Positions 12,662 through 25,765 of a stretch of 64,000 nucleotides of DNA are shown in pieces. The stretch is from Guillardia theta CCMP2712 (lineage: Eukaryota > Protista > Cryptophyta), in assembly GCF_000315625.1 (NCBI RefSeq), contig NW_005434660.1, positions 358,711-422,710 on the forward strand, read 5' to 3'. The first letter of the stretch is position 1. Each line of letters opens with the position of its first letter. The position numbers and the translations under genes are program-made. The notes under the pieces are model-generated. The model was given only the letters and a program-made list of their open reading frames with translations, was not told the origin of the DNA and searched no databases.

Positions 12662-15523
12662 GATGATCATGGAAGAAGAAGAGAAGAGCCGAACTCTGTC
12701 TCGGATGGCAGAGACTGAGGACGCGGGGAGTGAGGAGGACTGCAATGGAATTCTACTGCGCCTGCGGTGAGGCTTCGATACTGCTGCAACACTTGTGACG
12801 GGCTAGATGCAGGATGGCGTTGGAAGGGATGCAGAGAGACGCAGCCGAGACCTTTCTGGAGGATCTTGACAAGCTTGTAGACGGAGAAATCCTGTTTTCA
12901 AAACAGATCCGCGATCTGAGGTGAGCAAATGATGTGTAAGTTTGTGACGAGAATGCTCATTCACAAGTAGAGATCAGCTTGGGCAAACTGAGTTACAGAA
13001 GGAGAGGGTGAGAATACAAGCAGAACAAGGTTTGTAAGCTCTCTCTACTTATCGTGTGCCTGATGGATTGTAGATCAAGAGATTTTGAAGGATTTACAAC
13101 ACGAGAATGAAGCTTTGAAGGTTTTGTTTCAGGACTTGTCCTGACGTTATGCTCAGACTGCTGTAGAAATCTCTGAAACTGAGAGAGTCACAACTCGACA
13201 TGGTCAAGACTCGTTGCGACACGTTGCTTCAAGAGCTGCAAACGACCTCCATCTTGGTATGTGTCATGCTCTCCTGCTCGCTTTGAGCCTTGCCATGGCG
13301 ATCTGAAGGACACTCTTGCATCAGGTCCAAGAGCTTCACAAAGGTTTGACAGACACCTGGCAACCGAGCTGTGAAGCTGAAGTGACCTCTCCCGTGAACA
13401 TGTCACATAACAACACAACGATATCGAGCGAGTGTGTCACTGTTAGCGAGGGATCAGAACCAGCCAAGCCTGCGGAGTTGAAGGCTCACATCAAAATCTT
13501 ACAGAACCATCTGAATGACGCAAACCGAAGACTCCAGGCCTTGAGCAGGAGGTGAATGATGCGACCCGATGCTGGTTGAACTGATGGGGAGCAACTTAGC
13601 GACAAGAAGAGGCTGATGCGAGAGAATGAGGAGCTCCGGAGGGAGATCAACAGATGTAAACATCGTGAAGATGTAGCTCAGCGATCAAAGCATCAAGTCA
13701 TACGCAAGTTCCAAGTCGCATTGTCTTTGTGGTGTAGAGTCTGAGACAGTCTGACAAGACTTGCCAGGAATATCTTGTGGAGAAAAAAGATTACTTCGAC
13801 CTAGCAAATGACTCGAGTGAAAGCGATGCTTTGATGACTATTGATGAGATTATCGAGAACTTTGTAATACTTTTGACTTATTTGCTGTCGTGGTTGTGAA
13901 TTTCTCTTGGCAAGATTGCTCAATTCGGCTCACTCCGGGCCTCCTTCACTGATGTAAAGTACTCCTCGGCCCTCGAGCAAATCCTTTGCTGGTGTGAGGC
14001 AGACTGGTGCTGGGAAAAGATGAGATGTGAATAGAGCGATTGCCATTTCAAGACTTGTGACATCAATGTCTCCTAGGCATGACGGCAAACATTCTTTGTG
14101 TTCTTGCAAGAAAGGAAGTCAACAAAGTCCACCTTCTACGATTGAACTGCATCCCTCGTATCATGAAATATATCAAGTCGGAGTGAGATGGCTTACTTTT
14201 ACCATTCTTTTCATTCTAATTCTGACATGTCTTTCGAAGGTCTGGTACTGCACAAACGTGCGAATATGTTGCAGCCTTCTTGTCAAACATGGCATTGAAA
14301 TGCAACGCGGCAAGAGACGCGATTGTGGAGAGAGAAGGGGTGGAGTATCTGATTCGACTTGTGAGAAATAACGAGAACGACGGGATTAAGGTGATTCAAG
14401 CTATGTGGTTGTGTGTACAAGTTGATCTGAGAGGGAAGGAGAGGGGAGAGGAGGGGAGCCGAACTTTTGGTTAGATGCGATGCGATGCGATAGTGTGAGC
14501 AAAGGCATGAGAGGGGCAAGCAGAGAGAAGAGGATGGAGGGGTAGGAGGAGAAAGGTTTCATACTGGTGTTTGTTTTCAAGGCAAAAGCTTGCTCAGCAC
14601 TGGCCAACATCGCCTGCGGCAAAGACTCCAAGGACGTGATCGTGGAGCGCAATGGAATCAGCGCTCTGCTCGACATCTGTAAGAACGAGGTACAAGACTT
14701 TGTTGATCTCAGACCTTTTCATCCCCTCGCCAGTCCTCATCCCCCGAGCTCCTCGAGAACGCCGTGAGGGCCATTCGGAACCTCGCCCACGGCAGCGAGT
14801 TGAACAGCATCAAGATCTCCTCCTTGGGGGGGCTGGACGTTCTTCACAAGCTGTCGTGTCTTATTCTGAGAGGGAGGAGGAGGTCAGTTGACACTTTGAT
14901 TTGCAGGCTGTCGGAGCGCGCGGGAGAAGAGTCGGTGACCTCGCAAGTGTCTGCCGCTATCTCCAACGTGTCCGCATGCGCCTTGAACCAGAACGAGCAA
15001 GCGAAACGAGACAGTCCAATTCGTAAGAGCCTTCCTAGCAGCTCGTCGAGGAGCAGGAGGGAGCAGGTGTCCGCTCGTAGCGAAGGAGGTGAAGCTGAGA
15101 AGACGTTGCAGACTTGGGGCCCGGCAGACCAGCTGGATCACAAGCGGGCAGCAAAATATCACAAGGAAGCAGAAGCAGAGCCGACGCGGAGCAGGCTGAA
15201 CGATGTTTATAAGCAGCACGAGAGGAAAGAGGGCCAGACAACAAAGAGGTACGGACCCTTAGAAAGAAATCTACATGAGGGAATATTGGCGTCTAATCGC
15301 GCTCCTGACAGAGACAAGGGCCAAGAGTCGCAGTCAAGACCCGCAGAAAATGCCGGTGAGCGACGGGTCAACAACATGCGTGTGCTCACGGATAGAAACA
15401 GGAAAAGATTCGGAGCAGAAGCCGACGGAGTCAAGAAGGTCCAAGTCCTACGTGTCCATCTACAACCATCGCAAGATCGAGGAGCGAGCGGAGGACCGGG
15501 GTTCACCTAGTCTGCCCAGCTGA
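12662..15523 (+). CDS. Coiled-coil plus armadillo-repeat protein, many exons
   Basis: N-terminal coiled-coil exons. ARM-like segments AAFLSNMA..IVEREGVEYLIRLV, ACSALANIA..IVERNGISALLDIC and AVRAIRNLA..ISSLGGLDVLHKL. Confidence 0.75.
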
Positions 15524-15541
15524 TGCTTGAACAACATGACG

Positions 15542-16368
15542 TCACACAAACCCTTCTGTCTCTGGGTTCTGAGGAGCCTTCTCATCGATCTGAGTGTAAC
15601 TGTCCGAAAACCCCGCAGAGCGGAAGGGGAGGCCCAGGAGCTCCAAGAAGGAGCCGAAGCCGTTCAGGACGGACAGGACTACCTGCACCTGGAAGACAAA
15701 GAAGAGGTTCTGAAACTCAGGCTTCTCGTACTCGGCGCTGCATTGCGGATCTATCGACCTCCACATCATCACTCCCCATGCCTGCATGGAGGTCAGGGAT
15801 CGACATGAAGAGGTCATGACATCACCATGACGTAGATCGTGAGCATGAGGTAAAGCATTCGAAATCCGATGCCAAGGGCACTGGATCGGCCAGAGATCGA
15901 GTACAAGCAGCCAAAAACGCAGGGAAGCAAGAAGATCAAGACAAGGTAGTACAAGATGAAGTCATAAATCCCTCCTTGCGGGAAGTACTGTACGATATGT
16001 CAGGTTGAGTGCTTGCAATTAACAATCATCGACACCTCATAGTCGAATGCCTTGCATGGCGCCGGGATCGGCGAGCTGGTCATGGTCACGATGACAAAGA
16101 TGATCCAGCTCAGCATCATGCAGAAGAAGATGCATGAGCAACAGGCAAAGCACAGCCCAAAGCCCTCGAGACCGGCCGATGAAAGCTTGCCTGAAAGCTC
16201 ATCAGTGACGGCTCGTAGTTAGTTGGGAATGGCGACAGGAGTCACAAGATATGTAACATATATGCAACAAGCTCTCACAGCTGCTCAAATATGCTCTTTG
16301 TGCATGCAGTCTGGCGGATTCGCTAACATCAACACGAGTTACAAGCAAATCTCACCTTCGACCGACAT
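15542..16368 (-). CDS. Small multi-pass membrane protein, unknown family; 5' exons uncertain
   Basis: Spliced exons encode hydrophobic helices (CIFFCMMLSWIIFVIV; FILYYLVLIFLLPCVFGCL; MLYLMLTIYVMAWGVMMW; LFFVFQVQVVLSVL). Confidence 0.55.
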
Positions 16369-16709
16369 TCGTGCTGAAGTCGAAGACTAGTCTTCAGGTC
16401 GGGAAAGATCCAAGAAGAACAAGAAGATTGTAACCAGTTGTTTGACTTGTCTTTCTGTGTTTGACTTGTCTTCCTATCCTTGTCGCCTCCCTTTGCTTCA
16501 CCTCTCCGCCATCCTATTTGCGGTGGTTGCTCGTTACTGTATGGTAACGGTTATTTCATGAATTGTGAGCTCGCCTCGACATATTTGAATGATTCATGAA
16601 AATATTCAAATAAATATGTTTGATTTCATATTAACATGAGAATTGGGTTAAAACAGTTGTAAAGGTCAACGGCTCCGCGTCAACTTGGCTAAACTCTTGC
16701 GGTGCAGCC

Positions 16710-17739
16710 ATGCAAGCGCAGGCCGACATGGCGTGGAGGCGGCGGGTGCTGCAGGAGGAGGCGATGATGGAGAGAAAGAAGTCAGCAGCGATCAGGACAA
16801 AACATCTCGCTGCCACGGGGTTTGGAGGAGCCTCTCGACGAGGTTACCCCTGGGCTGCTGACTCGCTTCTCACTTTTCATCCGCGTTCAAGTCCAGGCAT
16901 GACAAACGGCCGTGGAGAGCAAGAATCGAAAGTTGTAGAAGCTGGAAGAGACCAAGTTGGAGGGAGTAGAGCCAGTAGCGAGCCACACGACTCAAGATTG
17001 AAGACAAGTGCTTCCTCAGCAGGCGGCACATCAAACAGAGGGTTGCCTCCCCTTCCAGGTGAACACTTCCTCGGTGATGGTAGTGGATTTTCTCACTCGA
17101 TTGTTAGGGTCGAAGCTCGTCGCATCTCGGAAGCAAACTCCAGCATCAGCTCGGGGGCTTGACGATACGCACAACTCGCAGCTGACAACTAAAACCCTTG
17201 AGCCGAGAAGCAAAGCAGATTCAATCCGAGATTGGGTTATGCAGTCGGGATTGGTAGGGGCCGGGGGGTTTGTGCTCTGTCGGTTGATGACTGGAGGTCA
17301 CAGGATGTGGGAGGATCGAGAAGGGCTCCGAGTGAAGCCTCGCATCGAACCCACGAGGAAGATGATAGGCAGAGCATGGTATCCTACTCCTCAGGAACTA
17401 CCGTCCAAAGGTCTGCTTCTAGTCTCCAAAACTTAGCTCCTAACCGCATGGTCAGCTCCGTCCCCTCGCGTTATACACTTTCACGAGCTTCTCGAGCAAG
17501 CAGCCGAAGAAGTAGCGGCACCACAGGCAAGCTTTCCCAAGCCGCTTGCCTTCTTGCTCTGAATCGGTACGCAGCATCAAGGTTGCAGCGCCTGGAAGAG
17601 ATTCTGGAAAGAGAGCGCAGCAAGGTGTAGGAGAGGACTTGTGCTGTGCCTGGTCTAACTTCACGTGCAGCGGTTGGAAGCAGAGCGAGAGATCGAAGAG
17701 CTAAAGACGAAAGTGTTTGGAGGGTCTTCGGGCAAATAA
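16710..17739 (+). CDS. Hypothetical protein, Ser-rich with terminal coiled coils
   Basis: Exons are joinable with short introns and end ...RLEAEREIEELKTKVFGGSSGK*. Confidence 0.55.
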
Positions 17740-17879
17740 TAACTTGTCACCTGTCCATAACAGGAGCAGAAGAAAATGCTTCTGACTGAGGCTAGATATT
17801 GTGCGGAGATGATGAAGGGAAACAGAAAGAAAATCACCAGCAGACTGTCCTTGTCTGACTATCTCCCTGTCTCCTCCCA

Positions 17880-20574
17880 TCATCGGTTCAAGCACGTAAC
17901 GATTCCTGAGCGACCTGCCGCTGCGACAGCCTGCAATCTGCCTGCCTTCTTGTGAGCAAGGCAGGGGGGGAGCCGAGCTTACCTTGAAACAAGCGAATGC
18001 GGTGAAGTGCGACTTGAGCAGGGGGGAAGGAAAGCCTTCGTTGCTCCCCTTGAGCTTCAACTTGCGGCTTCAGATCTTGTATGGCACCTTCGTCCTCCTC
18101 CTCCTGCTTCCGCTTCTTGCCGGCTGCCGGACTTTTTTGTTTTCCCTTCTCGTTCCCCTTCTTTTGCCCATCCTTGCCAAGACGGTCGGCAGTCTTGAAG
18201 GAATCAGCATCGGTGGATCTCGCCGCTGTTCGAATCCGACGCTCAACCTGCCAGCTCTAAGAGAAGAGACGAGCTGTCGCTCATGTCGTACCTGCGGGCA
18301 CGCCTCGAATCTCTGCTTCAGGCTCCTGCTCAGGCGGTCGGGCGCGTTGCTCACTCGCAGCTCCATCACATTCTGCCTCATCGCAAGCCTGCAGACAAAT
18401 GAGCCTCCAAGGCCAGAAGCGTCTCCCGCCTACTCGGCCATGAGGAACGAGGTCGGGAGGGGCAGGTGGACGGGGTCCAGCAGGCCCAAGGGCATCTCGA
18501 GCATCGTGCCCTCAGAGGAGGCAAGAAGAAGCACGTCCGTTGCTTCATCGAAGCTGAAAGCACGCTCAGCAACGCCCCAGCAGCTGAGATTCGCTTACAT
18601 CGAGTCCCAAAAAGTGAACTCTCGTGCAAAAATCCACCGTTGCACCATCTGCTTGATCGCTAGGGTGCCAACACGTCCATCGTCCAGAGTGAAGACGATG
18701 GCTGGTCTTCCCTCATCGCTCTGCGATCCTCCCTTGCTCTTCCTCCCCTGGGCTGCTTGCCGCTTGCTTCCTCCGTCTACCCACACGAGCGACGTCACCC
18801 ACGTACCCTTAGACACACTTTGCACGAAGATGGGCCAGTTGAGGTTTTCAATGCTCCACAGCTTCACCTTGCCGTCGATGCCCCCTGTTGCAAAACTCCC
18901 GCTGGAAGCAATGGCATCATCGTCTACAGACTCTTCCCGCTCCTCACCTTGAGCACCACGAGAGACAGGTAACTGCAGCAGCCTCCGAGGCATGCGCCTC
19001 TCTCACTCCTTCATATACCGACTGCCTCCACGTCTCCTCCACACAAGCATCGCCGCCTTCCTGCTTTTCTGCCTCCCCGCAGTCAGAAAGGATCCGGATA
19101 TTTCCCGCACGCACCGAGCAATTCAGGGAGAAGGGGAAGCAGGAATATTGAGCCCGCCGTGGTCCCTGCTGCCACCCAGGGTTCTGCTTCCCCCGGGGAC
19201 CACGAGAGGCAAGTTGGATAGCCCTCGTTGACGAGGAGCGAGAAGAGAGGTCCGTGAGTGAGGTGGAACCCTTGAGTTTCTGTGTGGAGGGAGACAAACT
19301 TGTTGTTGTCATGGGGCACCGATGAGCTCTGCAAGGCAGGTCAATCAGTCCGATGAGGAGGGGCCGCAAACACAAGGGGAGCTCACGGGGACCGAGTAGA
19401 CCAAGATGTGCCCGCTGCTCGTTGCCGCCGCAAAGATGCCCAACCTGTGCGCTGCTCAACGGTCGAGGGGCCAGGAAGGGCTGGACCTGAAGGTGGTGCG
19501 GCTGCAGCGAGCTGGACACCAGGACAGAGCCAACGCAATCTGAAGAGCAAAGTTGAGATTGCTGAAATGCAATCTTCGTTCTCACTCCGCAATCAACACC
19601 AAACGTGTACTCGAGCGAGGGAGCATATGATCTGTCAATCACCGATTCCTGCTGGCTGTCCACGAACACTTTCCAAACCTGGATCAGACTGCAAACAGGG
19701 AGAATCAGTGAAAGCTGCAGGGAGAAGAAAAGGCCAAAGATCAAGGAGCATCATGCTGGCGGCAAGCAGGTCTGTTTCCCTTGCGTGCATCACTTACCTC
19801 TTGCTGTTATCTCTCGTCCGGATTTGCGTCTCTTCATGACCTGATGGCATGGTGGCAAGAGCAAGAAACCCTTCCGCCTGCAAGCAGATCAGAGACTTTC
19901 TTCCAATCTCCTTCCTCCCTCCTACGCCATCCATTGAGTCCGTGAAGGGAGGTGCCCAATCCATCGCCCATACAGATCCTCCCACAAACAAGACACAGCC
20001 ATGCGCCTTTTCTCGATGCTGCAACATGTTCGCAATGAGCCGTCTGATAACACATCACAAGCCTTGACCGGGGTTCTGCTCTCATTGGAGTCTCGTTCTG
20101 GGCATATCAAAGAGCTTTGGAAAACCTTCAACTCTATTTGCAGGAGCTCACACACAAACCTTGGACAAGAGAATGCACGCCTACCAGATGTAAACTGAGG
20201 ACGAATACCGCCTACGACTTCCTGGGCTACTGGATCATGACGAGGGTTATACTAGAGGTAGTCATTCTCATGTATCTACAACATCATGAACAACCAACGT
20301 ACTCCACGAAAAAGAAGTAGAGCTCTGCGCCAGTCCATACTCGGCCTGCAGGATTTGGCTGCGATGGTTCAAATTTCATCAGGACAAACTTGCAGCAAGA
20401 AAGTTTGCCTGTTCATGGAGGAGAAAAGCTCAGTGTTCAAGTAGGATTACGCTTCCAAGAGCACCTACTTTCCAATGGGTGTCAGCTCTACATGGTCAGC
20501 GCGTGTATACAATCACCATCACCATCACCATCATCACCATCACCATCACCATCACCATCACCATCATCACCATC

Positions 20575-20637
<63 letters not shown>

Positions 20638-20821
20638 TCACGTCCGACCAGATCACTACATCGTCGTCGTCATCGTATCACCTCTGCCGCCATGGTCTGG
20701 TTGAGTATGTTGTTGCCTCCTCTCTTCGGCTCACAGCAGATCTAGCGAGGCAGCGTATCTGCTTGCCCTCTCACTCATCTGACCAACAAGCCCGTACATG
20801 CTTCCGCACTTCAGTGAGCAT
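17880..20821 (-). CDS. WD40 protein resembling TFIIIC subunit GTF3C2/Tfc6; start uncertain
   Basis: LFVGGSVWAMDWAP, FLALAT, LIQVWKV, TCLSWSP..WVAAGTTAG, FATGGIDGKVKLWS and terminal AAAGRSGIV match the GTF3C2 motif order as recalled. Confidence 0.6.
20513..20637. repeat. (CAC/CAT)n trinucleotide microsatellite, likely intronic
   Basis: About 40 tandem trinucleotides. The poly-His, poly-Ile and poly-Ser ORFs are artefacts. Confidence 0.95.
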
Positions 20822-22029
20822 GGAGTCGTTCCTCAACTTATTAGGCTTGCCGGGCCGGGCCGGGCCGGGCCGGAGGCTTGCCGGGCCTTCTTACTCAAAA
20901 TTAAGTTAAAAATCGGTGATCAGTACGAGCCTCCGACAATCAGGCCGGGAGTCGGACAGTCGGAGGACTGGAGCCTCGGAGGTCACTGTTGAAGCCTCGG
21001 AGGCTCAGGGCCCCCGCCTCAGGCGGCGCTCCGAGGCTCGCCGCGCGGCCGCAGTACGGTACTGAGTCATGATCAACCGTGTCAGTGATGACAGTGATTG
21101 TCCTCGTACAACTCAGGCTGATGAAAGTTTTGACACTGATAACGTTGAGTAAAGACTCCCGAGGGCCTGCTCAGTGCCGGCGGCGCCACTGAAAGTTCCG
21201 ATAACAAGCGGCTGAGCGGCAAGCCCGGCCCGTGAGATGGCGGCCCCTCCCTCTCCCCACCCCCGCCGGGCTCACGCCTGGTTTATTGGTCTGTTTGTCA
21301 TCAGATCGTTGAATTGGAATTTATCGCATTGATGTGATCATATTTGAACTGATGACACGGCATGGAAGTACTACCCGGGCGGTCAATGACTCTGGCACTA
21401 CTGCTGGGCTATCAGTGCCACCACGGCGGGCATTGACGACCGTCCGACTAGCTAGCGCCAGAGCCGCTCGGCCCTCCTCAGACCCACTGGAATCATCATC
21501 GGACGATCTCAGGCTCCATCAATTCAACTTGGCATCGCAGTTTGACCGATTTCACATTCTGCAGTCAATAGCAATAATGACGACCGTAAGGCGAAACAGT
21601 GACCGCGTACGGTAGTACCGTAGCACTTGATCTCCAAGACAGACACCTGACACTTGAGCGAGAATAAACACGTCAGCACAATCATCAACCACTCAGGCCA
21701 TTGACAAGTGAGAGGTACTACAATTACAATTCCCGGTGGAAGGGTCACGTTGAATGAACAATCAACCAAACATGACACGCGAATCAATCATGAAAAACCA
21801 TAAAAACACAGGATGAGTCTTACATTTCATCCCTTCTGTACACTCCCACCCTTCACGATCTCCATTCTGCTCCCCTGCCCCACAGGGCCTCCTAGACTAG
21901 ACAGTAAGAGCCGGTTAAGATCGATAGAAGCCAGGCAGACTCGAACTGCCTCTTGCAGCACCAGCAGCTTCTCGTTCGGTGTCGAATAACACCAGTTGGA
22001 CCCTCGCATCCTTCCTCTCCTCTCACTCC

Positions 22030-22392
22030 TTACGAGGACGAAGTGTACTTGGTCACAGCCTTGGTTCCCTCGGACACAGCGTGCTTGGCGAGCTCTCCAG
22101 GAAGGATGAGACGCACAGCAGTCTGGATCTCGCGAGCAGACAACGTTCCCTTCTTGTTGTACCTCACAAGCTTGCCGGCCTCGTTCGAGATCTTGTCGAA
22201 GATGTCCGAGATGAACGAGTTCATGATCGACATGGCCTTGGTGGAGATACCGGTGTCAGGGTGAACCTGCTTCAACACCTTGTAGATGTAGATGGAGTAG
22301 CTCTCGCTCCTCCTCTTCTTCTTCTTCTTCTTGTCGCCCTCAGCCTTGGGCTTCTTCTCCTTCTTGGGCTTCTTCTCCTTCTTGGGCGGCAT
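22030..22392 (-). CDS. H2B: Histone H2B, copy 1 (intronless)
   Basis: [23 protein letters not shown]...[15 protein letters not shown]. An in-frame upstream ATG exists at 22407. Confidence 0.98.
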   Translation of the reverse strand: MPPKKEKKPKKEKKPKAEGDKKKKKKRRSESYSIYIYKVLKQVHPDTGISTKAMSIMNSFISDIFDKISNEAGKLVRYNKKGTLSAREIQTAVRLILPGELAKHAVSEGTKAVTKYTSSS

Positions 22393-23556
22393 GCCTCCGA
22401 ACCCCATGCTGCTTGGATTGTGCTGGTCGCAGCTGCCGCCTTGTAATTTAAAGGGCTCGAGCCCCCCGCCCCCTCTCCTCCCTCACCCTCGCCCCGTTGG
22501 CTCCCGCCTCCTGTTTTTCGGGGATCATCATCAAGTGTGCCGGCCGGGCTCGCCTCCGAGGCAGACCTTTTTTTTAACTGAACTTTTTTTCTTTCAAGTT
22601 TTGAATCCCATACAGCCTCCGAAACTAGCAGCCCGGCCTGCCAGGCTGGCGCCGCCGGGGCCCGGCCCAGTGACGGGCGGCCCGGCCACTAAGGCCCCGG
22701 CCGGATCGCCAGCCCGGGCCCGGCCCAGACGGGCCGCGTGACTTCATGTGGCCGGTCCGGCCCCCGGCCCCCGGGCCGGGCACGGTTCGATGGAGGCTTA
22801 GGCCGCCAGTCACTGACTCGGACTTGCCGCGGGATGATGGCCCGCCGCCGGAAGCTGCGCCCCGGTTGGGCCTCCGAGGCTCGTCCGAGTCGGCGCTACC
22901 GTACACTGTGCCAGTCGGACAGTCACACCATCACTTAGCAGCTTCCGAAGCCCCCCGTTCGCGGCCCGGCCCGCCCGGCGTTCGCTGAGTCACCGTTTTT
23001 CAAGTCACGCGGCCGCCCGGGTCTAAAAAATAAGTTCTCGAACAGACTCGGACCGGAGGACCGTCGGACGGTCCGGCGCGCTGACGGGCCGCCGCCGCCT
23101 GTCACATGGGACGATGATCATCGGATGACAAGGTCCGATCATCGGGGCCGTTTTTGCTGACCCCATGCAAAGCCTCCGTGTGTCTCAAAGTGTAACTTTT
23201 CCTTTCGTCAATTTCAGATTATTATTGTGCCCAGTACCGCCAGTAGCCCAACAGACAGTCATCACCCACCCTGTTTACCTACTGATGGTTAGCAACAAGT
23301 GGGTATCGACGACAGTCTTTAGAGGGTACCGGTCCTATTTAGGATGTGGCCAATTGGCTTCCAACCGTTGCAAGATGAATCGGTCAGAATGAGCACGGAC
23401 TACTTTACTGCAGGCTCCGTGTTTTGTTTTGTTTTCTTTCAGCGGATATGCTTGGTTTGGCTCTTTCTTATTATTCCTTATTCCCCCAACTCCCGATTCC
23501 TGTAAAGCTTTCCCGTTGCCGATTTGCTTCTGAAACCGCCTGCCCAGTCCCTCCCC

Positions 23557-23958
23557 ATGGAAGTCAAAGCCACCAGAGTCAAGGTCTGCCCTCGCCCTCG
23601 AGGAAACGTCTTGAGCTACTCCCCTCAAGAGCCCGTCAGCCTCGACCAAGCCCTGGTCAAGTCGCTCTTTCATCTCACGCAGTATGAGGCAGCCCAGGCT
23701 ATCGGGATCTCTCTGTCCTCTCTCAAGCTAGCCTGCCGTCGCATGGGCATCAGAAAGTGGCCCTACAACCGACGGAATATGTCGAGGAAAAGCGAGACGA
23801 AACGGCCCGCTGGCAAGGAGGGCTCAGGAGCGAGTGAGGGGGAGGAAGAAGCAGCCATGCATGTGCTGTTTGCTCAGACGAGACCGTACTGGCTGGAGTC
23901 AGGCTTGGAGGAGCTGCTGGAGGAGAGCCTGATGCATGTGTCCGGGAGGGCGTTGTAG
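23557..23958 (+). CDS. RWP-RK domain transcription factor, copy 1
   Basis: LFHLTQYEAAQAIGISLSSLKLACRRMGIRKWPY. Confidence 0.9.
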   Translation: MEVKATRVKVCPRPRGNVLSYSPQEPVSLDQALVKSLFHLTQYEAAQAIGISLSSLKLACRRMGIRKWPYNRRNMSRKSETKRPAGKEGSGASEGEEEAAMHVLFAQTRPYWLESGLEELLEESLMHVSGRAL

Positions 23959-25073
23959 ATTGTTTCTTGAACTGTGTACAATAGATGAAAATGAAATTTG
24001 TTTGTTTTTACTTTTATTTGCAACCATGCTTCACACAACCACCACAACAAGTTCGTCACACCCCGAAGCTTGACGGGTTGCAAACGTCTACAGCGAATGC
24101 ACAAGGAACCTCTGTTAGATCAGCGTGGCGTACAAGATGAGGAGAGAGATCAGACCCTTCTAGCTGAATAGGCCAAGCAAGGACTACCTGTAGTCCTTGC
24201 ATGCACGAGCACACTCGATTTGTGCAAGCTCTCATTTTTTGCAAGCTTCTGCTCCACTTCTTACCAGGAATGAGGAAACCACCCGTGCTAGAGGCGCTCT
24301 CTTTGCCACCAGGGTTCATCCTCTAGAGCACATCTAGCAGTTGTATGCTTTCAGTCCTTCGAGAGTCCTTCGCCTGACTTTGTTGACGATCAAGGCTAAA
24401 CCTAGCTTTGAGTGCAAGATAACTTTATCAGAGCCCTAGCACAGCGAGCTGTCAATGGCATATTTTACCGAGTTTTTCTTATGGCAATGTTTGGTTTTCT
24501 GTTTGTAACGTGTATAGGGGGTAGCTGGCGCACATGGTATTTTCTTCTCACGATGCTGGCAAACGGCACATTAGCACCCTTTCTGACGGTGCTTTGCTCC
24601 CTCCTTTCACGCAACCTGCTCTTGAAGGTTCAGAGTGGTAATATTCGAAGATGATTATTTCCAATGCAACACAATCATAAATACAGGATCGCGAACAACA
24701 ATGCCATGTTGTTGATTCATATTCGTTACAATCTTTCTCAAAGATTGAAATTCGTTACAGTCTTACTATACTCAAAACATGTCATATATATCTAGGAGTG
24801 ACTGGGCGGAGGACGTCTACCTCGTCAGCTTTGACTGGATGCTGACAAACGTGAGGCTCGAGCGTAGCTGAAACTACTCTCTTTCACTTTTGAATTCTTG
24901 CAGCCTCTTCGGAGAAGAATATCTTTTTTTCTTTAGCCCGCTTGTTCCCCCACTTGAAACTCGTAGGTGACACCACGCTACTCCCCGCGACGCCGTCTCC
25001 TCACGCCTGTTCCCCTCCTCTTTGTCTTTTCAAGTGTCGTTCTTCTGTGACAACGCCTGCCCAGTCCCTCCCC

Positions 25074-25475
25074 ATGGAAGTCAAAGCCACCAGAGTCAAG
25101 GTCTGCCCTCGCCCTCGAGGAAACGTCTTGAGCTACTCCCCTCAAGAGCCCGTCAGCCTCGACCAAGCCCTGGTCAAGTCGCTCTTTCATCTCACGCAGT
25201 ATGAGGCAGCCCAGGCCATCGGGATCTCTCTGTCCTCTCTCAAGCTAGCCTGCCGTCGCATGGGCATCAGAAAGTGGCCCTACAACCGACGGAATATGTC
25301 GAGGAAAAGCGAGACGAAACGGCCCGCTGGCAAGGAGGGCTCAGGAGCGAGTGAGGGGGAGGAAGAAGCAGCCATGCATGTGCTGTTTGCTCAGACGAGA
25401 CCGTACTGGCTGGAGTCAGGCTTGGAGGAGCTGCTGGAGGAGAGCCTGATGCATGTGTCCGGGAGGGCGTTGTAG
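25074..25475 (+). CDS. RWP-RK domain transcription factor, copy 2
   Basis: Same protein as copy 1. One synonymous difference noticed (GCT/GCC). Confidence 0.9.
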   Translation: MEVKATRVKVCPRPRGNVLSYSPQEPVSLDQALVKSLFHLTQYEAAQAIGISLSSLKLACRRMGIRKWPYNRRNMSRKSETKRPAGKEGSGASEGEEEAAMHVLFAQTRPYWLESGLEELLEESLMHVSGRAL

Positions 25476-25765
25476 ATTGTTTCTTGAACTGTGTACAATA
25501 GATGAAAATGAAATTTGTTTGTTTTTACTTTAGGGTTTGCAGGCTGTTTACATTGAACCAGCCTCGCGGCAAAGAGAGTTTTCTACACGTCATAGGCAGT
25601 TGCACTACAGGGAGGACTAAAAACGTTTCAAGGCTATCACGTTTGGTTCAGTCCTAAGTGTTCAACGAAACATTCCGCAATTTTGCATCTAATCATCATT
25701 CCTGCATCAGGATGCTCTTTTCACCGAAGCGGACTGCCTGGATGGACCTCCTCTTCCCGAGGTCT

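Noticed and set aside
14850-14906. Apparent GC-AG intron in the ARM gene
   Set aside because: A canonical GT donor 3 nt downstream (14853) has the same phase, so a GC donor is not required.
17527-17574. Possible GC-AG intron
   Set aside because: It is in frame and stop-free in a protein with no known homologue, so it cannot be shown to be an intron.
21953-22446. Antisense ORFs repeated at each H2B copy
   Set aside because: They are shadows of the codon-biased H2B sequence.
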